A DNA stretch of 64,000 nt, from assembly GCA_018396415.1 (NCBI GenBank), contig JAGTRE010000002.1:96824-160823 (forward strand). Direction: 5' to 3'. The notes beneath the pieces were generated by a model. That model was not told the origin of the DNA and ran no database searches. It worked only from the letters and a program-made list of their open reading frames with translations. Positions 57,650-64,000 of the stretch are shown here, one piece after another (within the stretch, counting starts at the first letter, position 1; the number at the start of each line of letters is the position of its first letter). The DNA comes from Candidatus Bathyarchaeota archaeon (lineage in GTDB: Archaea > Thermoproteota > Bathyarchaeia > RBG-16-48-13 > JAGTRE01). Both the position numbers and the translations under genes were made by a program.

Positions 57650-58717
57650 CTAGTTGAAACATTTCCAATATTTTTTAAGAATTAGTTTGAGATTTGTCAA
57701 GGTTTCTTCCACTTTTCGACGAGTTGAGTTAGGCTCAGAGGGTGGTTCAGTTGGTTCCTTAACATCAATTGATTCAAGACCAATTACGGCAGCGGCAAGT
57801 GCGTACCAACACATCGGTAGAACAGTCGGATTATAACCACTTCCTATCATCAAAACAAGTTTGCCGTTACATACCCTCTCAGAAACCTTGGATATCAACC
57901 TTGCAAGTTGAAAAAACCCTTGGGAGGTTAGTTGTAGGCTTCCAAGAGAGTCTGCAAAATGTGCATCGCTTCCCCCATTTGCTAGAATTATGTCCGGCTT
58001 AAATTCTTCAGCGAGAGGTGTGAAGATTTCATTTACCGCGTATAAGTAGGTTTGGTCAGAAGTACCTGGCGGCAATGGAATATTAACTTTGTATCCCTCA
58101 CCTAGCCCGCTTCCAATCTGGTTGATAAAACCTGTCCCTGGATAAATTGTTCGCGGATCCTGATGTACTGAAATGTAAAGAAAATCGGGATCGGAGTAAA
58201 AAATATTGCTAGTTCCATTTCCAAAGTGAACATCGTAATCCAAGTTTAAGATGCGCCGTACGTGATATTTCTCCCGAAGATAATTGGTCAATATTGCTAT
58301 GTCATTAAATAAACAGAAGCCCCCACCATAGTCTTTGCCTGCATGGTGGTAACCACATCCAAGAGCTATAGCCCGATCCACAACTCCTTTGTAAATTAAT
58401 TCTCCTGCAGTAATTGCTCCACCAATGATTAACATAGCTGCTTCGTAAATTTGCGGAGAAACAGGGGTTTCAATATCGTAAGGCACTTTCTCTTCAGCTA
58501 AGCGGCTGATTAAGTCAACATAGGTTGAACTATGAACTCTGAGTAAGTCTTCTTTGGTAGCGGGTAAAGGTTCCTGAAGAATTACATTAGGTAATTTGAG
58601 TAACGCCTTTTTCTCGAAGAACCGCATCGCATTAATAAAGCGATCCCCTCTAAAAGGGTGTCCTGCACCAAGATCGTATTGGCTATATTTATCATGATAA
58701 ACTATGGCTACCTTCAA
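57650..58717 (-). CDS. Histone deacetylase-superfamily protein (AcuC / acetylpolyamine amidohydrolase-like)
   Basis: HHAGKDYGGGFCLFNDIA and DVHFGNGT blocks of the arginase/deacetylase fold; 355 aa. Confidence 0.8.
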   Translation of the reverse strand: MKVAIVYHDKYSQYDLGAGHPFRGDRFINAMRFFEKKALLKLPNVILQEPLPATKEDLLRVHSSTYVDLISRLAEEKVPYDIETPVSPQIYEAAMLIIGGAITAGELIYKGVVDRAIALGCGYHHAGKDYGGGFCLFNDIAILTNYLREKYHVRRILNLDYDVHFGNGTSNIFYSDPDFLYISVHQDPRTIYPGTGFINQIGSGLGEGYKVNIPLPPGTSDQTYLYAVNEIFTPLAEEFKPDIILANGGSDAHFADSLGSLQLTSQGFFQLARLISKVSERVCNGKLVLMIGSGYNPTVLPMCWYALAAAVIGLESIDVKEPTEPPSEPNSTRRKVEETLTNLKLILKKYWKCFN

Positions 58718-58838
58718 AATCAGTTCACCGATTTGTCAGTTATATGCAGGTTACTCGTAAATCTAGTGTTCAGGAAAACCAATGTTGAAATAACCTTCTA
58801 ATAGAAGGAAAAATTCTCATTTACTTGCCCTTAATTTA

Positions 58839-60023
58839 TTAAGTCGAGTTAAGTTTCTCTACAGCAATTTTAATTTTCTCAAGACCTTTCTTTATATTAG
58901 TTATCGAGGTAGCGTATGATAATCGCAGATAACCTTCTCCAAACTTGCCAAACGCAGTACCATGCAGTGCAGCCACCCCACCATTAGTCAAAAGATACTG
59001 TGCAAATTCTCGAGATCCCATGCCCAATTTCTTTATGTTCGGAAAGACGTAGAAAGCCCCACTCGGTTTTTTACACGATATGCCTCGAATACTATTTAGA
59101 CCCTCAACGATAATTTCTCTTCTTCGCGCGTACTCCTGTAGCATCTCTTTAACGCAGTCCTGAGGCCCTCTTAAGGCTGCAATTCCAGCCATCTGGACGA
59201 AGGCTGCCGCACAGGAGGAGATGTTTAAGTGAAGTCTAGCCATTTGGCTGATTATAGATTTATTTGCTACTGCGTAACCAAGCCGCCAGCCAGTCATAGC
59301 GTAGGTCTTCGAAAACCCATTAATAATAATCGTATGATCCTTCATATCCGCCTCTGAGGCAATGCTGTAGTGCTTCTGCTCGTAGGTTATTTTATCATAA
59401 ATTTCGTCTGACAGTACAAATAAATTATGCTTCTTAACGATTTCTGCAATCTCTTCAATGTCGCGTTTTGTGAGCATTGAGCCGCATGGATTATGTGGAG
59501 AATTTAGTATAATCATTTTAGTCTTTGGTGTAACTAGCTGTTCAACATCTTCCGGAATTAGCCTAAAGTCATTCTCTTCCTTTAATGGTATAGGAACAGG
59601 GATGCCTCCTGCAAAGTTGACTACAGACTCGTAGGAGGGAAAGCTAGGGTTTGGAATCAGTACTTCGTCTCCAGGATTTATCAGCACGTAAATAGCAGTA
59701 AAAATACATGGCTTTCCGCCTGGCATCACTACCACTTCAGAAACTGGATCAACGTCGATTCCAAGTTCGTTTGAAATGTTTTCAGCGATAGCTACTCTCA
59801 ACTCCAATAAGCCAGGTGAGGGTGTGTAGTGAGTATATCCATCCCTTAAGGCTTTCACAGCCGCCTCCTTTATGTGCTCCGGAGTATCAAAATCTGGCTC
59901 TCCAATTTCAAAATGTATAACTTCAACGCCTGTCTTCTCCAATTCCTTGGCGCGCGCCAAAACCTCGAATGCCGACTCTGTCCCAAGCCGATCCATTCTC
60001 TCCGCGATGAAGCTTTTCTTCAT
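58839..60023 (-). CDS. Aspartate/aromatic aminotransferase (PLP fold type I)
   Basis: FEIGEPDFDTP N-terminal block, PLP-lysine region SKTYAMTGWRLGY; 394 aa. Confidence 0.85.
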   Translation of the reverse strand: MKKSFIAERMDRLGTESAFEVLARAKELEKTGVEVIHFEIGEPDFDTPEHIKEAAVKALRDGYTHYTPSPGLLELRVAIAENISNELGIDVDPVSEVVVMPGGKPCIFTAIYVLINPGDEVLIPNPSFPSYESVVNFAGGIPVPIPLKEENDFRLIPEDVEQLVTPKTKMIILNSPHNPCGSMLTKRDIEEIAEIVKKHNLFVLSDEIYDKITYEQKHYSIASEADMKDHTIIINGFSKTYAMTGWRLGYAVANKSIISQMARLHLNISSCAAAFVQMAGIAALRGPQDCVKEMLQEYARRREIIVEGLNSIRGISCKKPSGAFYVFPNIKKLGMGSREFAQYLLTNGGVAALHGTAFGKFGEGYLRLSYATSITNIKKGLEKIKIAVEKLNST

Positions 60024-60298
60024 GAAAAACTCACCTTACCTTAACTGTAATTCTATGAAGCACTTAGTATGCTATGAGGTTATACATCTACTTTTCTAGA
60101 GTTTCTGCTAATACATGCTATATTAATTTGAAGACTGGAAGACAAGTTTTAAACAGTGTAGAGAAGAAACTATGTAGTTAAATTTTTACGAGAACGGTGA
60201 GAATGCCCAATACTGCTGGAAACGAGGGATAAATTCAGGAACTCGTTGTGAGTAACTTACAAGATATATTAAGAAAAAGGATAGACTAGACTATCAAT

Positions 60299-60949
60299 CT
60301 AAAAGCCCAATTCTTCCCCTACAAGGATTACTGTTACGTCAGTCCTAACCGGTTTCTTCTCTATGATTGTTGTGATACGACATGCCCTCTCAGGAACATC
60401 GCATTCAGTGCATGCTCCAGTTATTGCGCATGGAGTTTTCTGCCCCAATCGTTTGGTGTTCATGGGAGTTGCGACATTTTTGATCCGCTGAATTCCTTCA
60501 GCTACATCTCTTACTATCTTGTTTATTCCGGCAATCACTATAACCTTCGGGGGACCAAAGATCATTGAGGCAACTCTGTTACCGGTCTGATCGACATTTA
60601 CAAGTTTCCCGTCCTCAGTCACAGCATTACTACTAGTTATAAAAATATCTGAGTTCAACTCTTGCTTCATTATGGTTGTAACTTCTTCTGAAGATAATCC
60701 CTCCTGCCAGTGATGGAACACCCGGTTCCCTCGCGCGAGCAAAGCGTCTACGAGGCCGATTTCGCGAATGGTTACCGAGCCGCCAATCCCAACTTTAGCC
60801 TCCGAGGGAATCAAGGTTAGCAGTTTTTCAAGCGCATCTTTCCTCGAAGCTACAAAAAACGTTTTAAAACCGTTCCTCTTAAGGGCGGTCAGCGTCCTTG
60901 AGATTTTCTGATCAATATACCATTTCTTTACTTCATGCAATTCTCTCAA
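60299..60949 (-). CDS. LUD-domain protein (LutC/YkgG, DUF162 family)
   Basis: 216 aa with the LUD pattern (GIGGSVT...IFGPPKVIVIAGINKIV...CAITGACTEC). Confidence 0.65.
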   Translation of the reverse strand: MRELHEVKKWYIDQKISRTLTALKRNGFKTFFVASRKDALEKLLTLIPSEAKVGIGGSVTIREIGLVDALLARGNRVFHHWQEGLSSEEVTTIMKQELNSDIFITSSNAVTEDGKLVNVDQTGNRVASMIFGPPKVIVIAGINKIVRDVAEGIQRIKNVATPMNTKRLGQKTPCAITGACTECDVPERACRITTIIEKKPVRTDVTVILVGEELGF

Positions 60950-60982
60950 ACCCCAGAAGCTAATAACCTAAACCATGGTTAC

Positions 60983-61345
60983 TTATGTTTCACGTAATCT
61001 CTTGCAAGCCTTAATTGCCGCAACAATTGCTTGGTAGAGTTGCATATCTGAGGCATCCGTAACGGGGATTTCAGTGCCCTTCTTCACTTCATAAACCCTG
61101 TTATAGTTTGGGTAAGGAGAATAGCACACTTGACTGATTGGGAAGAAACCCCGTTCTACCTCGTATTCGAATGCCTTATCGTAAACTTCGAGACAGAGAA
61201 GATATCCATCAATCCAAAAAAGACGATTTACGCCAAAGGTAACGGCACACCAACTAAGGGCATCTGGCGTACGCCGATCGAGACCGAGAACTCTGACGTC
61301 GGTTGTTGGAGCTATCTTAACTCTTATCTTTGATTGTAGGGGCAT
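60983..61345 (-). CDS. Hypothetical protein (120 aa)
   Basis: ORF only. Confidence 0.35.
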   Translation of the reverse strand: MPLQSKIRVKIAPTTDVRVLGLDRRTPDALSWCAVTFGVNRLFWIDGYLLCLEVYDKAFEYEVERGFFPISQVCYSPYPNYNRVYEVKKGTEIPVTDASDMQLYQAIVAAIKACKRLRET

Positions 61346-61430
61346 GTAACAACTCCCCCATATGAGACAATTGTGAAAATAAAATGAAGCAGGATTTTAT
61401 TTTAAGGCTCCTTCATGGTTTTATTAGATT

Positions 61431-61772
61431 TTAACAATTTGTATTCCCTGCGAGGAGACGCGATAACTCCTCAGCCAACTGTTTAGAGGTTTCTGAACCT
61501 AAATCTAAAGTTATCTGACTCGGAAGCGTTCTCTTTCTTCTAATTCGACAAGCTCCCCGTTTAGTAATTGTGGCGTTAGCTATTTCTGAAACTGGAATAA
61601 TTAGAGGCCGAGCAAAAACCCGTTTCGCCAAAGCGCCAAGGATCCGATGCTGTTTTGCCACTTCCTTTAACTTTTCAGTAACTTCGATAATAAGCCTAGA
61701 TGTTGTCAGGGTAATTATGACACTTTCCTTCTGAATTGCGAGAATTGGTTTCTCATGCTGATACAGATTCAA
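61431..61772 (-). CDS. Hypothetical protein (113 aa)
   Basis: ORF only. Confidence 0.3.
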   Translation of the reverse strand: MNLYQHEKPILAIQKESVIITLTTSRLIIEVTEKLKEVAKQHRILGALAKRVFARPLIIPVSEIANATITKRGACRIRRKRTLPSQITLDLGSETSKQLAEELSRLLAGNTNC

Positions 61773-62382
61773 TGCATCGTTCGCCCTTCGTTTCCATGAC
61801 GTTTAAAAAAATGACTTTAAGAATTTTAAGGCGAACGGGGAGGCGAACAGATAGATTTTATTTGATTATAAAAATAATTAACTGCAGAGGCAGAAATTTG
61901 CTATTGGGGATCTTAAAGTCGACTAACGCCAAAACTTGAATCGTGACCCATAATGACTGCTAAATCGCGAGTAATATCGATGTACTTTTTTCTATTTGCT
62001 ATCCTATTTTTAGTTCCATTTATAATTGCTTTCCAGCTCGTGGTTAGACGCCTCTCTGAAGCATGGCTGCTTATCTGCTCAAGTTTGGCTATTTGCGCCG
62101 GTGTTTACCTTTTCCTGGTCTGGCACAAATTGAAACATAATGAAGGAGAATTAAACTGCTACAGCATCTGAAACGCTCTTATCGGGAAGGATTAGATTGA
62201 AGAGTTAAAATAGGTTTAGAGAATTAGATCTTGGCAAGTCCGTAACATTTTACTCAGCACGAGGATTGATGCACTAGATATTACATGGATGAAAACTTTT
62301 ACTTTGACATAATTTGCGGCAATAAAATGTCTATAGCTGAGGGAAGGGGCATTCTTACATAGCAATTAGGGATGCACGAATC

Positions 62383-63027
62383 ATGAACAAACCATACTTA
62401 AGGATTTTGAAGAAACCAAAACTGATAGCACCGACATTTATAGTGGGTTTACCAGGATTTGGAAACGTCGGAAAAATTGCAGCTGAACTCCTTATCGAAT
62501 TCACCGAGGCAGAAAGATTCGCTGAGCTATATTCACCCTACTTTGCAGATTACGTAATAATCGACCAAACAGGAATTTGCCGCCTTCCACGTTACGAGTT
62601 TTATTCGTGCCAAATTAGTAAACCTAACTTGGTCATTGCAACTGGTGATATGGAACCCTCATTTGATGAAACGTGCTCACATTACGTTCTTTGCGCTATC
62701 ATTTCTGATTTTGTATTGAAGCTTGGCTGTCGAAGGATAATTACCCTTGGAGGCTATCCAGTTTCAACCTCAGAAATTGGTAAAGTTTATGTTGCTGCAA
62801 CATCGGGACGAATTGCGGCTGCCGCGACGAGAAATGCGAGTGTTATTTATAAGGAGGGACAAATTGCAGGTGCTGCTGGCTTGCTTCTTGGATTGGCAAA
62901 ACTTCGGGGAGTCCCAGGACTTTGTATCTTGGGACATACCACGGGAATAATACCAGATAGACAAGCAGCGTTAACTGTTTTTAGATATCTAGTTCGCATA
63001 CTTCGACTGAAACGAATTAAAACTTGA
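62383..63027 (+). CDS. Proteasome assembly chaperone (PAC2) family / COG1938 ATP-grasp-like protein
   Basis: PTFIVGLPGFGNVGKIAAELLIE N-terminal signature; 214 aa. Confidence 0.7.
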   Translation: MNKPYLRILKKPKLIAPTFIVGLPGFGNVGKIAAELLIEFTEAERFAELYSPYFADYVIIDQTGICRLPRYEFYSCQISKPNLVIATGDMEPSFDETCSHYVLCAIISDFVLKLGCRRIITLGGYPVSTSEIGKVYVAATSGRIAAAATRNASVIYKEGQIAGAAGLLLGLAKLRGVPGLCILGHTTGIIPDRQAALTVFRYLVRILRLKRIKT

Positions 63028-63584
63028 CAGGAAGAAGGTGTCTGATGGTCCAAGCAGTCTTACTTTTAACCATTTTTCTTGCGGCGGGAATATCCTTAAA
63101 AATAGCAGATATAACAGGTGAGAGGACTAACGGTGTTTTAAGTTACCTTTTGGCTGGCATATCTGGAGTATTGTTTGGGATACTTATCGCGGAAAGTAAG
63201 ATTTCATCCGCCATTATGTTTGGAATCATAGTTGGGGTAACGGCGTCAGCTAAAGTTGATAAGCCAAATCTAGCCTTTGGATTATTTATAGCAATTATTA
63301 CCGCTATTAAATGTGGATTGGTAATACCAACCATATGGCTGTTTTTGGTTGTGGCAACTTTCGCGTTCGCTGACGAGCTAGGTCATAAACGTTACAGGAA
63401 GCTTAAAGGCCCTTTAAAATGGTTTTTTCAATATCGTTGCGCACTTAAAGTTACTATGGTTTTTCTGGCAATCATTGCGGTTCTTCCGCCAGTATATTGT
63501 GTTGGATTCTTCTTGTTTGATGCTGGATACGAAGCGACTTCTGCGCTCATCCGTCGATTAGGGCCAATGCCAAGGTTCAAATAG
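63024..63584 (+). CDS. Hypothetical integral membrane protein (about 5 helices), overlapping the PAC2-like stop
   Basis: ORF with multiple hydrophobic segments. Confidence 0.4.
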   Translation: MTGRRCLMVQAVLLLTIFLAAGISLKIADITGERTNGVLSYLLAGISGVLFGILIAESKISSAIMFGIIVGVTASAKVDKPNLAFGLFIAIITAIKCGLVIPTIWLFLVVATFAFADELGHKRYRKLKGPLKWFFQYRCALKVTMVFLAIIAVLPPVYCVGFFLFDAGYEATSALIRRLGPMPRFK

Positions 63585-64000
63585 TTTTGTGGGCGGTTCA
63601 CGTTGTTTTAGCTTATGCCGTGATAAAGGCCTTGTTAAATGCCTCTGTGCTCGCGGAGGTGGTACATACAAACCAGTTTTAATTCCCCGCGGTATTTCGA
63701 CGATATTCTTCATGGTGTTTTTTGTTTTAAAGCCACAATACTCGCACCGAAAACCTTTGCCACTGCCTGCGGATTTTAATCGCTTTCCACAAGTAGGACA
63801 ACTTGGATTTACAAGCTTGGTCGTACGGGTGAGAGAAAGGATTTCAATTTTTTCAAGGTTAATAGTTCGTGAGTGGGCAGGAGAAGCGGGACGTACGCCA
63901 CCATAAACCCTAACAACATCCTTAGGAGCTAACTGCCTAATAATTTCCCGAAAACTTCCTGTGGGCTCGTAAGCTGCGCAATCAACTTCCCCTGAACTGT
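63561..64000 (-). CDS. 3' part of a gene running off the window end; C-terminal region with CPTCGKRL...CEYCG zinc ribbon (possibly a TiaS/COG1571-like tRNA-modification protein)
   Basis: Minus-strand frame is open from the window edge to a TAA at 63558-63560 (...VRVYGGVRPASPAHSRTINLEKIEILSLTRTTKLVNPSCPTCGKRLKSAGSGKGFRCEYCGFKTKNT...). The plus-strand ORF 63589-63906 in the track is probably its shadow. Confidence 0.35.

Noticed and set aside
63589-63906. Plus-strand ORF 63589-63906 (105 aa) listed in the track
   Set aside because: The opposite strand carries an open frame running off the window with a credible zinc-ribbon protein C-terminus; the plus ORF is its shadow.
1-64000. CRISPR arrays, integrases, transposases or other mobile-element hallmarks
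   Set aside because: No regularly spaced short direct repeats, no recombinase/transposase-like ORFs, and no obvious target-site duplications at the tRNA genes were found by eye; the tRNA-flanked ATPase island remains only a candidate.

Overview
Archaeal chromosomal window (about 45% GC) on both strands. Unsplit rpoB, POR, F420-type LLM, archaeal histone, EndA and many tRNA introns at non-canonical positions point to a TACK/Thermoproteota-like lineage; this is inferred, not proven. Main blocks in window order: (1) actin-like (ParM/Ta0583-type) ATPase gene with upstream direct repeats; (2) cobamide salvage cluster cobY-cobS-cobZ-like plus DUF3786 and a small transporter-like membrane protein; (3) archease and an intron-containing tRNA-Ser; (4) a fragmented transcription/translation superoperon reading rpoH-rpoB-rpoA(fused A'+A'')-rpl30e-nusA ... 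rps12 ... porDABG-rps7-glcDF-like-tuf-rps10. A 4-hydroxybutyryl-CoA dehydratase / crotonase / 3-hydroxyacyl-CoA dehydrogenase / thiolase+DUF35 module is inserted into it, and fusA is absent from the window; (5) an RNA-rich region holding histone, EndA tRNA-splicing endonuclease and hisS. (6) At least 8 tRNA genes, all with introns, several at non-canonical positions (D-loop, anticodon stem, variable region) or in multiples, plus two 190-200 nt tRNA-like loci that would need 2-3 introns. (7) A 1037-aa HerA/FtsK-like ATPase fused to a coiled coil and a tandem CxxCGxxxC zinc-ribbon array, flanked by tRNAs; (8) a nifB-like radical SAM gene broken by an internal deletion and frameshift; (9) assorted metabolic genes (HAD hydrolase, PhoU-like, GHMP kinase, HDAC-like deacetylase, aspartate aminotransferase, LUD-domain protein, proteasome assembly chaperone PAC2). 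No CRISPR array, integrase or transposase was recognised. The most unusual content is the density and placement of tRNA introns together with endA, the apparently unsplit rpoA, and the ATPase/zinc-ribbon giant protein.
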